A stretch of 32,000 bases of DNA from Nitrososphaera viennensis EN76 (GTDB lineage Archaea > Thermoproteota > Nitrososphaeria > Nitrososphaerales > Nitrososphaeraceae): the NCBI RefSeq assembly GCF_000698785.1, contig NZ_CP007536.1:1230001-1262000 (forward strand). The letters run 5' to 3'. Under the pieces are notes generated by a model. The model saw only the letters and a list, made by a program, of their open reading frames with translations, was not told the DNA's origin and did no database searches. Each line of letters begins with the position of its first letter. Position 1 is the first letter of the stretch. The position numbers and the translations under genes are program-made. Shown here piece after piece: positions 1 through 8,043 of the stretch.

Positions 1-1221
1 GCAGTCTCGGAGGGCCAGAAAATAACAATCGACGGCTCGACTGGTAGAGTGTATACAGTCGAAGTGCCCACCGTCGCCCCCGAGATAACGTCCGAGTTCA
101 AGGAGATCCTGCAGTGGTCGGCCGAGATGAAGGCGATAAGGATCCGCGCAAACGCCGACACGCCCGAGAGCGCGACTCTGGCAAGGAAATATGGTGCAGA
201 GGGAATCGGGCTGTGCAGGACAGAGCGCATGTTCAACCAGCACGACAGGATTGCGCTTTTCACAAAAATGGTCATGGCCGAGACAGAGCAAGAGCGCGAA
301 AAGGCGCTGGCGGAACTTGAGCGCCTGCAAAAGTCCGACTTCAAGGCGATCTTCAAGGAGATGCAGGGCCTGCCAGTGACGATAAGGCTCCTTGACCCGC
401 CGCTGCACGAGTTCCTTCCAAAGGAGGAAGACCTCATGATGCAGATTTTCGAGCTAAAGTCGGAGGGAGGCCACAAGGCAGAGTCAGAAATGCTAAAGCG
501 CGAAAAGATGCTCAGGCGCGTGCGCGAGCTCTCCGAGATAAACCCGATGCTGGGCCACAGGGGCGTCAGGGTGGGCATCACGTTTCCCGAGATATACGAG
601 ATGCAGATACGGGCGGTGTGCGAGGCGGCGGCAGACCTCACGAAAGAAGGAGTGAAAGTAGAGTCGCAGATAATGGTGCCGCAGGTGGCAACCGTCAACG
701 AGCTTGCCACAGTCAGGCACATGTTCGAGTCTGTAAAACGCGACGCCGAGCACAGGCACAAGATAAAGCTGAAAATAGTCTTTGGGAGCATGATTGAAGT
801 CGTCAGGTCGTGCCTCGTAGCAGACGAGATAGCGCACGTCGCCGACTTTCTCAGCTTTGGAACGAACGACCTCACTCAGGCCACGTTCAGCTTTAGCAGG
901 GAGGACGCAGAGGGCAAGTTCCTGCCCTTCTACCTTGAAAAGGGAGTCATTGCGGTCAACCCGTTCCAGAGCATCGACCAGAAAGGGGTCGGGAGACTGA
1001 TGAAGATGACCATAGAGATGGCAAGGAAGGTGAAAAAGGACATGGAGATAGGCATATGCGGCGAGCACGGAGGCGACCCCAAGTCCATCGAGTTCTGCAC
1101 CGCCATTGGCCTTGATTATGTGAGCGCCTCATCGCACAGGATACCAATCGCGATCCTTGCAGCCGCCCAGTCGGCCATCAGGGGCAACAAGAGCAAGCTC
1201 TCACGGTTCCTGACGGATTGA
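1..1221 (+). CDS. ppdK: pyruvate, phosphate dikinase, C-terminal part (5' end lies left of the window)
   Basis: Frame is open from base 1 (AVSEGQKITIDGSTGRVYTVEVP...). PEP-utilising-enzyme C-terminal motifs are present: GIGLCRTERMF, LSFGTNDLTQ, ICGEHGGDP. Stop TGA at 1219-1221. Confidence 0.9.
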   Translation, partial: AVSEGQKITIDGSTGRVYTVEVPTVAPEITSEFKEILQWSAEMKAIRIRANADTPESATLARKYGAEGIGLCRTERMFNQHDRIALFTKMVMAETEQEREKALAELERLQKSDFKAIFKEMQGLPVTIRLLDPPLHEFLPKEEDLMMQIFELKSEGGHKAESEMLKREKMLRRVRELSEINPMLGHRGVRVGITFPEIYEMQIRAVCEAAADLTKEGVKVESQIMVPQVATVNELATVRHMFESVKRDAEHRHKIKLKIVFGSMIEVVRSCLVADEIAHVADFLSFGTNDLTQATFSFSREDAEGKFLPFYLEKGVIAVNPFQSIDQKGVGRLMKMTIEMARKVKKDMEIGICGEHGGDPKSIEFCTAIGLDYVSASSHRIPIAILAAAQSAIRGNKSKLSRFLTD

Positions 1222-1316
1222 TCAAGAAAAAAATCATTTTGTCGGGTTCTGCCTGAAATGTGCCGGACAAGTCACGATAAGATAAATATTTTTACAAAAG
1301 ACGGGGCAGACAAACC

Positions 1317-1553
1317 GTGCGGCTTTTATGGATCCTGGGCGGAGCAAGCCTTGCAGTTCTTGGAATAGCAGTTCTTCTCTGGTCTGCAGAGAGCTTTGCA
1401 GACGACAACGATTTTCAAGGCCATCCAGCTGGAGAGCCTTTTAACGCCGAGCAACAAGCGGCATACCAACGGTACCAGACGATCTGGTCGGTCGCAGCTG
1501 CCCTTGGTACAAGTGGTGTGGCAGTGATCGTTTATGGAGCTCGCAAGCACTAG
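1317..1553 (+). CDS. small hypothetical membrane protein (two hydrophobic segments)
   Basis: 78-aa ORF with GTG start. AT-rich TATA-like ataaatattttta lies about 25-30 nt upstream. Hydrophobic N- and C-terminal segments. No recognisable family. Confidence 0.4.
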   Translation: MRLLWILGGASLAVLGIAVLLWSAESFADDNDFQGHPAGEPFNAEQQAAYQRYQTIWSVAAALGTSGVAVIVYGARKH

Positions 1554-1704
1554 CCCGTACGAGCCTTTAGCCACTTTTGGCGCCGTCAGATGACGATGAT
1601 GATGATACGTCATATCCTATCAGTTAATCGCCGATTTTGCTGTTGTTCTCGTTCTTGTGCTTCTTTTGCTAGCCGCCTGCCGTGTTGCTGCCCGTGCATA
1701 TTTT

Positions 1705-3216
1705 TTAGTGCATGGGGCCGTCTTTGCCTGCCTCTCGCTGGTCCCCAGTCATTATCGCAGGTGCGATTTTTCTCCTTGTCACCAAAAGCGCCATGACAAC
1801 AGACGCAACGGACACCAGCGCCGCCGTAATGAATATCAGGTTGTATGCGTTCTCGGTCGGAAACGTGCCTGGGACTCCCGGGACGGTCCCCTGATCCATC
1901 TGCTGGAACATCCCGGCAAACGACGGGCCCACCGACATCCCGACCAGATTGAGGAGCATCGCCATTCCAAGGGCAATCCCCGTCACCTGCATCGGCACGG
2001 AAAGGAGTATTACGTTAAATGCGCCGGTGATCGAGAGCGAAAGCCCGGCCGCGATTATCCCGAGCCCGACCGACACTATGTCTTCGGTCGAATGGAACAT
2101 GAACAGGCTAAAGAATCCTATCGTGCTGATCGCCGTGCCCAGCAGCAATAGCCTGATGTTGCCGACTTTGTTCAGGAGAAAGCCCGACATGATCGTCCCT
2201 ATGAGCAACACAACCATGAAGGGAAGCTGGACCCTTGCGGAGGTTATGGCGTCTCCCCCGAACCCAAGCGGCTCCGGGCTCCTTACCATGACTGGGATCG
2301 TCTGGTACACCATGAACATGGACATGAAGACCAGCATGATGATGATGACAGGGGGAAGGAAAAGCTTGCTGGTCATTATCTTGAGGTCGAGCAGAGGCGA
2401 TTGCACCCTCTTTTCGATGGCGATAAATGCCGCAAGGGATGCTCCGGATGCTGCAAAGAGCCCGGCAAGCTGGTACCCTGCGCTTGCGCTGTTGGTTTCC
2501 AGCAGCGATATGCCTGCCAGAAATGACACTATTGTAGCCGCAAGGGCCAGCGTCCCCTTTAGGTCGATTTTCTGGGCATCAGATTGATGATGATTGCCAC
2601 TGCCTGCCCCGACTCCCACCTCCATTGGTGCAGAGACCTGCCGGACGTGCACGAACCTTACTATTATCAGCAAGAGCGCGATTGCGGCAGGAAGTATCGC
2701 CAGGAACGTTGCCTGCCACCCAAAGTTCTGGATTATGGCTGCGCCGCCCACCAGGCCGATAACAGCCCCGGCGGAAAACGTGGAGCTGAAGATCGTCTGG
2801 CCTATTGCAAGCTTTTTCTCCGGAAGGACTTCCCTGATGATTCCAAAGGCGATAGGGAACATCGCCATCCCGACTCCCTGCGCCACTCTTGCCGCGATCA
2901 TGATCTCGATGCCGTGGGCAAATCGTCCCGACAGGATACCTATTGTGTAGACTGCCATTACTATTAGCAATATCTTTTTCTTGCCATAGATGTCGGACAG
3001 CTTGCCTGCAATCGGGGTCATCACGGCTCCTGCAATTATGTAGGACGAAAGTATCCACGACGAGGTGCTGTACGAGATGTTGAAATCGCGGATGAAATCC
3101 GGAATGGCAGGCAGTATCATTGTCTCGTCAAACATGACAATCAGGCCCAGGCAACTCAGGATGATGAGCGTTTTCCATCCCGAGCGATTCACGTCTTGTT
3201 TCTCCACGCTGCCCAC
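1705..3216 (-). CDS. MFS transporter (14-TMS drug/H+ antiporter-like)
   Basis: 503 aa, GTG start, many hydrophobic helices. MFS-type motif GKLSDIYGKKK after TM2. Central Gly/His-rich loop between the two halves. Confidence 0.85.
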   Translation of the reverse strand: MGSVEKQDVNRSGWKTLIILSCLGLIVMFDETMILPAIPDFIRDFNISYSTSSWILSSYIIAGAVMTPIAGKLSDIYGKKKILLIVMAVYTIGILSGRFAHGIEIMIAARVAQGVGMAMFPIAFGIIREVLPEKKLAIGQTIFSSTFSAGAVIGLVGGAAIIQNFGWQATFLAILPAAIALLLIIVRFVHVRQVSAPMEVGVGAGSGNHHQSDAQKIDLKGTLALAATIVSFLAGISLLETNSASAGYQLAGLFAASGASLAAFIAIEKRVQSPLLDLKIMTSKLFLPPVIIIMLVFMSMFMVYQTIPVMVRSPEPLGFGGDAITSARVQLPFMVVLLIGTIMSGFLLNKVGNIRLLLLGTAISTIGFFSLFMFHSTEDIVSVGLGIIAAGLSLSITGAFNVILLSVPMQVTGIALGMAMLLNLVGMSVGPSFAGMFQQMDQGTVPGVPGTFPTENAYNLIFITAALVSVASVVMALLVTRRKIAPAIMTGDQREAGKDGPMH

Positions 3217-3412
3217 TTGTTTTTCAACTACCTATTATTCAGGATCGGCTCGAAGCAAATCAAAGAGCTGGGAAGCGAGGCGTCAAGAAATCGCAATGTC
3301 AAACAAATCCCGGGTTCTCTGTATTGTGCTATCACGGAACGACCATCAGGAGTATGGTGTACCGACTTAATAACCCAGCTCTTGCTTTTTGTCATGTCAT
3401 TTTCTCTGTATT

Positions 3413-3814
3413 TTACGACTCACTGGCGGGCGGCATCTTTTGCTCCCACAGCGCAAACGTGTTGTTTTCCGTGTCCGTGCAGATTGCAAACCAGCCCATG
3501 CCAGGCACTTCGGTCTTTGGAACCTTCACCTTGCCTCCAAGCTTTTCGATCTTTTTTTCGTATTCTGCCACAGAGTCGACATTGACATAGTTTGTGATCG
3601 AATGGTCCGGCTGCATTCTTTTCATTATGGCTCCGCTCATGACGTGCTCTCCGCTTCCTTCTTTGCCGGTTCTAAATATCCAGTATTCCATGGGGCCTTC
3701 TTCCAGGGGGCGACCCAATATTTTTTCTGCCTTCCACCCAAACAGCCTGTTGTAGAATCCCTTTGCGCGCTCTATGTCGTGGGCAGGTATTTCAAAATGA
3801 ACTATTGTGGGCAT
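3413..3814 (-). CDS. VOC/glyoxalase-family protein
   Basis: MPTIVHFEIPAHDIERAKGFYNRLFGW is the typical glyoxalase/bleomycin-resistance N-terminus. ATG at 3814 is preceded by GGGAGGA; the track start at 3820 is TTG. Confidence 0.8.
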   Translation of the reverse strand: MPTIVHFEIPAHDIERAKGFYNRLFGWKAEKILGRPLEEGPMEYWIFRTGKEGSGEHVMSGAIMKRMQPDHSITNYVNVDSVAEYEKKIEKLGGKVKVPKTEVPGMGWFAICTDTENNTFALWEQKMPPASES

Positions 3815-3854
3815 TTCCAACTTATCCTCCCATATTCGCTATGGCGACACGCCC

Positions 3855-4268
3855 CTACTCCCTGAGGCGGCTGAACCCGCCCGTGACTAGGCTTTTTCCT
3901 TGCGTGATCAGGCCAAAGAACTCGTTCCCGAGTGGCTCGATGCTTTTGTCCTTCATCATCTTTGCATAGACGTCTTCGCAGTGCTTGCGGTCTCTAAAGT
4001 ACTGAAGCTCCATCCAGATGTCCTCGTCTTCGGCGGCAGAGAGGGTCTTGGCAATGCTTTCCATGCCTTCCATGGTCTTGTAATTGCCGAGCTGGTAGTA
4101 CTCTATTCCCACCCCGTTTTTCTTGAACCACGGCACGAATTTCTTCAGGTTCTGCGCGATGGCGTCGTGGTTCTTTTTCGGCACCCTGTAAAGGAAGGCC
4201 TCCAGGTGACCCGTTGTTGTTGCTGCTGTTTCTTGTGTAGCGGATTCGGTTTTATTATTGTTATTCAT
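3855..4268 (-). CDS. DUF1428 (YbaA-like) family protein
   Basis: VPKKNHDA...WMELQYFRDRKHCEDVYAKMMKD...GGF resembles E. coli YbaA-type DUF1428. First ATG is at 4268; the track start at 4310 is TTG. Confidence 0.7.
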   Translation of the reverse strand: MNNNNKTESATQETAATTTGHLEAFLYRVPKKNHDAIAQNLKKFVPWFKKNGVGIEYYQLGNYKTMEGMESIAKTLSAAEDEDIWMELQYFRDRKHCEDVYAKMMKDKSIEPLGNEFFGLITQGKSLVTGGFSRLRE

Positions 4269-4372
4269 ACATGCACTATTGCGGATGACATAAAAGGCGT
4301 TGCTCCCCAAGGGGAGGCTTATTAATTAGAAAGAGCCACCAAGGGTATTTGCCGAAGCCGAAGCGAAACAAG

Positions 4373-4654
4373 ATGGAGATATACAACGATATCCTCAGCG
4401 CTATCAAGCTGGAATTGACAAACGGCGAGGCAAAACCTACGAGGGTGCAGTCCCTCAGCAACCTTGCATACGACAAGCTTGCAAGGTACCTGGATGAACT
4501 GGAAAGCAAGAAAATGATCGTGCAAAACCCGCTTGGGATAACCGAGAAAGGCCACGATTTTTTGCAGGATTATGACCGGATCAGGGACTTTGTCCGCGAG
4601 ATGGGCGTCAAGTACCTGGATGTTTCAGGGAGGGGAGAGATTTATGAGCGCTGA
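4373..4654 (+). CDS. small winged-helix DNA-binding protein (COG3432-like)
   Basis: MEIYNDILSAI...PTRVQSLSNLAYDKLARYLDELESKKMI...ITEKGHDFL is a wHTH pattern. ATG at 4373; the track start at 4349 is TTG. Its 3' end overlaps the next gene by 11 nt. Confidence 0.7.
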   Translation: MEIYNDILSAIKLELTNGEAKPTRVQSLSNLAYDKLARYLDELESKKMIVQNPLGITEKGHDFLQDYDRIRDFVREMGVKYLDVSGRGEIYER

Positions 4655-5267
4655 AAAAGCAGCAGCAAGTTACCGGCCAGTAAAGTTCATTGACAGAATG
4701 GAGGGAAATAACAACCACATAGTCCTGCTGTACGACAACCCCGAGTATGCAGACTTGATGATAGCCAGGTATCTCTTGAACGGCCTTGAAAAAGGCGAGT
4801 CGTGCATTTTCTTTACTCCTGACGAGCCCGAGACAATTGAAGGGCGGCTGTCTGCCCAGGGCATCGACGTCGATTCGTACAAGCGCACAGATTCTTTGCG
4901 CATCCATCGCATTGAAAGGTCCGATGAGGGAAAGCTCGATGCACTTGGCACTCTGAAACGCATAGGGAAAGAATCCACCATAGGCATGAAACCGCCTTAC
5001 AGGTTTGTCGGCAGGACGATAACGGACATTGAATCAAAGGAAGGGATGCAATTGGGGCTGGCGCTGGAAAAAACAGCCCACGAACATTTTGAGGAATTTG
5101 GTTGCTCGCAGATGTGCTACTATGACATTTCCAGAATAGAGCAGTCCAGAAGGGATGAATGGATAAAGGGGCTCTTGAAAAGCCATCACCATGTAATTTA
5201 TGCATCGGAACCTGACAAAGCCGTGGCATTTGAGACCATGCTACTTGAAGATGAAAATGAAGAATAG
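4644..5267 (+). CDS. stand-alone MEDS-domain protein
   Basis: NHIVLLYDNPEYADLMIARYLLNGLEKGESCIFF...MCYYDISRI...SHHHVIY matches the MEDS (DcmR sensory) domain pattern. ATG at 4644 is preceded by GGGAGGGGAGAG. Confidence 0.7.
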   Translation: MSAEKAAASYRPVKFIDRMEGNNNHIVLLYDNPEYADLMIARYLLNGLEKGESCIFFTPDEPETIEGRLSAQGIDVDSYKRTDSLRIHRIERSDEGKLDALGTLKRIGKESTIGMKPPYRFVGRTITDIESKEGMQLGLALEKTAHEHFEEFGCSQMCYYDISRIEQSRRDEWIKGLLKSHHHVIYASEPDKAVAFETMLLEDENEE

Positions 5268-5330
5268 CAGCAGTAGAGCAGCCCAATAAAGCTTAAAATG
5301 TGGGGCAAGGAACGTCAATTGCGTACACAT

Positions 5331-5501
5331 ATGTCTTCTTCTGAAGGAGGTACTGGCAGCGTAACCTACGAATGCATGCGCTGTGGCACGCCCGTGACAG
5401 TCGAGGAGCTGTCGCGCCTGCCCGAGATAAAATGCATCTGCGGGTTCCGGGTGTTCCGCAAGGCTAGGCCGCCGATAGTAAAGCAGCTAAAGGCTGTCTA
5501 A
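5331..5501 (+). CDS. rpoP: DNA-directed RNA polymerase subunit P (Rpo12/RPABC4)
   Basis: YECMRCGTPV...IKCICGFRVFRKARPPIVKQLKAV is the zinc-ribbon plus C-terminal signature of RpoP. The ATG at 5331 fits the AT-rich box at 5285-5297 better than the ATG at 5298. Confidence 0.75.
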   Translation: MSSSEGGTGSVTYECMRCGTPVTVEELSRLPEIKCICGFRVFRKARPPIVKQLKAV

Positions 5502-5726
5502 CTAATTACTCCCCTTTTTCCTGTCGTCAAGCATCCTGTTGTACGAGTGGAATTTCTTGGCGTGGTCGCGCATCTGCTCCATGCCGTCAAAGCCCATGTC
5601 GCATTTTTCGCAGACGTACTGCTTGCTTTCGTGCGCCACCTGCTGGTGCTGCATGAATTCCTCGACCTTGCGGAACTTTTTGCCGCACTTGTCGCACTCG
5701 TGCTTTGCAGAGAAAAGGCCCGTCAT
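5502..5726 (-). CDS. two-finger classical C2H2 zinc-finger protein (74 aa)
   Basis: CDKCGKKFRKVEEFMQHQQVAH and CEKCDMGFDGMEQMRDHAKKFH both fit C-x2-C-x3-F-x5-hydrophobic-x2-H-x4-H. The ATG at 5726 overlaps the upstream stop as ATGA. The longer track ORF to 5972 overlaps the upstream gene out of frame. Confidence 0.6.
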   Translation of the reverse strand: MTGLFSAKHECDKCGKKFRKVEEFMQHQQVAHESKQYVCEKCDMGFDGMEQMRDHAKKFHSYNRMLDDRKKGSN

Positions 5727-6235
5727 TTCCTCTGGTTCCTCTCGTCCCAGCATTTCCGGCACATCTGCCCCTGGATCTTCCAGGCCGGTTTTGGGTTGTA
5801 GCGGATAAACCCTATCTTGGCCCCGCACGTGGCGCAAAAGTTCAGCCTTTTGTTGTACTCGGCCTCTTTTCTGCCAAAGCACGGCTGGCACAAAAGGGTG
5901 CCGGGCTCCATCTCCCACTGCCACCGCGGCTTGACTGCCACGTCGCCAAGCTCTGCCTTGCACATGGCGCACCGGTCAGGCTCTTGTTGCTGCTGTTGCT
6001 GCGGCCTCGACGCAAACTCTTTTGTCTTTTCGATCTGGCAGTCGCTGCACAGGTAGCCCTCTATCCTCCAATCTTCCCGGGGTTTGTATTTGTGCTTCAG
6101 CTCCCTGCCGCACACGGCGCACATGACCGGCTCCCTTTTGCCAAAGAGCAATATAGCTGGTCTTGGCGCAACGGGTACAAAAAGTATGCGTGAGCAGGCA
6201 GGGAATAAAAATTGCATGAACGGCCAATGTGACAT
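5723..6235 (-). CDS. triple zinc-ribbon repeat protein with poly-Gln linker
   Basis: Three internal repeats of CAxC(G/K)x(E/K)(L/I)...W.(I/M).G..(L/M)CxxC, with QQQQQQ between repeats 1 and 2. ATG at 6235 lies 25-40 nt downstream of an AT-rich box. Later Met starts are possible. Confidence 0.6.
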   Translation of the reverse strand: MSHWPFMQFLFPACSRILFVPVAPRPAILLFGKREPVMCAVCGRELKHKYKPREDWRIEGYLCSDCQIEKTKEFASRPQQQQQQEPDRCAMCKAELGDVAVKPRWQWEMEPGTLLCQPCFGRKEAEYNKRLNFCATCGAKIGFIRYNPKPAWKIQGQMCRKCWDERNQRK

Positions 6236-6303
6236 AATATAATTGCGCAGTCTACAAAATATTTTAATAAAAGAACCCCCTACCCCGACTTGGTATCCAA
6301 ATT
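6236..6303. promoter_or_regulatory. AT-rich divergent promoter region between the zinc-ribbon gene and PII gene 1
   Basis: aaaatattttaataaaag lies 25-40 nt from both divergent ATGs (6235 minus, 6304 plus). Confidence 0.4.
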
Positions 6304-6648
6304 ATGAAGAAAATCGAAGCCGTGGTTCCTCATGCGCGCATCGAAAGGGCTTTTGCCGCTCTCAAGGAGCTCGACCTTGGCGGCATCACGTATTTCGAGT
6401 CAAAGGGCAGGGGAGAGATCCCGCGCCCCAAGATCCACTCTGGCAGGGGAACGGGCACCTACACCCCCGAGTTCAACGTCAACTCGACCATAATGGTAGT
6501 CGTCAAGGACTCGATGGTGGACAAGGTAATCGAAAAGATACTTGAAAGCACCAGTTCCGGCCTGAAGGGCGAGGGCAAGATATTCGTCTCCAACATTGAA
6601 GACGTGATCGACGTAGGGACGAAAAAGCGCGGAGAACCGGCTCTCTAG
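6304..6648 (+). CDS. PII (GlnB/GlnK-like) nitrogen regulatory protein, paralog 1
   Basis: 114 aa. MKKIEAVV..., a T-loop region GRGEIPRPKIHSGRGTGTYTPEF, and a C-terminal GEGKIFVSNIEDVIDVGT..GEPAL typical of PII. Confidence 0.85.
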   Translation: MKKIEAVVPHARIERAFAALKELDLGGITYFESKGRGEIPRPKIHSGRGTGTYTPEFNVNSTIMVVVKDSMVDKVIEKILESTSSGLKGEGKIFVSNIEDVIDVGTKKRGEPAL

Positions 6649-6668
6649 CAGCAAAGAAGAAAAAAGAG

Positions 6669-6824
6669 CTAGTTGGAAGCTAGAAGTTCTTCAATAGCCT
6701 GGCTTGCGTTCAGCATGCCCTTTTTCTTGGCATATTCTTCGACCACCTTCAACTGGTCAGGGGTGAAGCAGATCGGCATCGTCCTCTTGCCATCTTCGAT
6801 TGCAGTAGTAGTGGTTGCTTGCAT
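6669..6824 (-). CDS. 51-aa ribbon-helix-helix (CopG/Arc-like) protein, not in the supplied ORF track
   Basis: My own translation of the minus strand gives MQATTTTAIEDGKRTMPICFTPDQLKVVEEYAKKKGMLNASQAIEELLASN. This is a beta-strand followed by two helices, as in RHH proteins. ATG at 6824, stop TAG at 6669-6671, 45 nt downstream of PII gene 2. Confidence 0.5.
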   Translation of the reverse strand: MQATTTTAIEDGKRTMPICFTPDQLKVVEEYAKKKGMLNASQAIEELLASN

Positions 6825-6869
6825 GCCACATACTAGAGAGCGCAAGATTATAACTCTTTTCTTCCCCTT

Positions 6870-7214
6870 TTAGAGCGCGTCGTCGCCGGCCTCTTTGCTT
6901 CCAATGTCGTACGCTTCTGCCACATCGTAGACGAATATCTTGCCGTCAGACGCCGAGCCGGTGCTTATCGTCTTCATTATGTCGTCGATTATCGGCTTTG
7001 CCAGCTTGTCGGCAACCAGCACCTCGATTTTTGTGCGGAACCCGAACTCGGGCACGTAGCGCATGACCCCCCTGCCGACTGCGACCGGCTCTCTTTTTGC
7101 GCGGCCCCTGCCCTTGATGTCGTAAAACGACATGCCTCCCACCTTGTGCTTGTGGAGGATCTCGTTGACCTCTTCGAGACGCTCGTGTGGAATTATCAGG
7201 TCCAGCCTCTTCAT
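6870..7214 (-). CDS. PII (GlnB/GlnK-like) nitrogen regulatory protein, paralog 2
   Basis: 114 aa. MKRLDLII..., a T-loop region GRGRAKREPVAVGRGVMRYVPEF, and a C-terminal DGKIFVYDVAEAYDIGS..GDDAL. Confidence 0.85.
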   Translation of the reverse strand: MKRLDLIIPHERLEEVNEILHKHKVGGMSFYDIKGRGRAKREPVAVGRGVMRYVPEFGFRTKIEVLVADKLAKPIIDDIMKTISTGSASDGKIFVYDVAEAYDIGSKEAGDDAL

Positions 7215-7327
7215 ACCTCGATAACGGTCGGCAAAACGTAATAAGCATTGCTAAATCGCAAAACCAGGAATTTATCACAAAATCCTTGTTTTAGGATAGC
7301 GCAAAAATGAGGAGGGAGTCACCGTGC

Positions 7328-7936
7328 CTAGGGTGGTGGTGACTTGATCGTGCCGCTGTTGATGATGGTTCCGGTGTTTTCAACGTGGGTCTTGCTGTTG
7401 ATTATCCCGCTGTTTATCAGGGTGCCGGCATTTGTGAGAAAACCGGTGTTGACAAAGGCACTGTTGGCCAAGATGCCCGTCTTGGTGTTCTCGATGCCTC
7501 CCGGGGAAGAGAGTGCTATCGTTGCCGCGTTGTTCAGGACGCCAATATTTAGGATGATGCCGCTGCCTTCGACCTTGCCGGTGTTGTCAAAGGTGCCGAT
7601 GTTGTGGATCATGGCTCCCGAAGCGATGGTTATCGTAGCGCCACCGCCGTTCTGTATTGCTCCTTCGTTGATCAACATTACTCCAGAGTCGATGGCAAGC
7701 GTGTAGTTGCCGGAAAGGGTCAGTGTAGATCCTGCGGGAATAGTGCACCAGTGTGTAGAGGAAGCCCACGTTGCGTTTCCTCCGGACAGTGGCAGGGCTT
7801 TGCAGGACGCTTCGCTGCTGACGTGGTAGGATGCGGCAAAGGCTGGCGAGGGCAGGGCTATTGCAGGCGCTATCAGCAGTGCGACCATGGCAGGTGCTAT
7901 CGTCATCCAGATTGCTGCGTTCATTCCGCTCTTCAT
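7328..7936 (-). CDS. secreted protein with N-x-G-x-(I/L) solenoid-like repeats
   Basis: Signal-peptide-like N-terminus ending AFA|AS. It is followed by repeated SG.(I/L).N.G.(I/L/F).N.G units to the C-terminus (KSPPP). ATG at 7936; the track start at 7942 is GTG. Confidence 0.65.
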   Translation of the reverse strand: MKSGMNAAIWMTIAPAMVALLIAPAIALPSPAFAASYHVSSEASCKALPLSGGNATWASSTHWCTIPAGSTLTLSGNYTLAIDSGVMLINEGAIQNGGGATITIASGAMIHNIGTFDNTGKVEGSGIILNIGVLNNAATIALSSPGGIENTKTGILANSAFVNTGFLTNAGTLINSGIINSKTHVENTGTIINSGTIKSPPP

Positions 7937-7966
7937 GCGCACTGGTGTCTTGCGAGCAGCACCTAA

Positions 7967-7988
7967 TATTCACTGAGTAAGGTGAATA
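7967..7988. promoter_or_regulatory. 7-bp inverted repeat overlapping the TATA-like box of the secreted-protein gene
   Basis: TATTCAC-tgagtaag-GTGAATA lies 31-52 nt upstream of the ATG at 7936. The minus-strand reading gtgaatattagg contains an AT box. Confidence 0.3.
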
Positions 7989-8043
7989 CAGACAAATTTT
8001 TCATTTTTTGGCTACTGCTACACGCTACATTGCGTTGTTATTG

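Noticed and set aside
1590-1613. ATGACG...CGTCAT inverted repeat between convergent genes as a bidirectional terminator hairpin.
   Set aside because: The stem is only 6 bp, with no adjacent oligo-T on either strand. It is better described as part of the GAT-tract family.
5727-5972. The N-terminal 82 aa of the track ORF 5502-5972.
   Set aside because: This part overlaps the triple zinc-ribbon gene out of frame and is Arg/Gly/Ala-rich. The internal ATG at 5726 forms an ATGA junction with the upstream stop.
6242-6249. ATTGCGCA in the PII/zinc-ribbon promoter as a third copy of the chaperonin-promoter repeat, suggesting a nitrogen regulon motif.
   Set aside because: The related 8-mer TTGCGCAT also occurs several times inside coding regions (for example near 4897, 11333 and 18674). 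A single 8-nt match is therefore not significant.
6673-6873. A 66-aa plus-strand ORF between the PII genes.
   Set aside because: It has a hydrophobic junk-like sequence. The opposite strand gives a convincing RHH fold pattern with ATG and stop.
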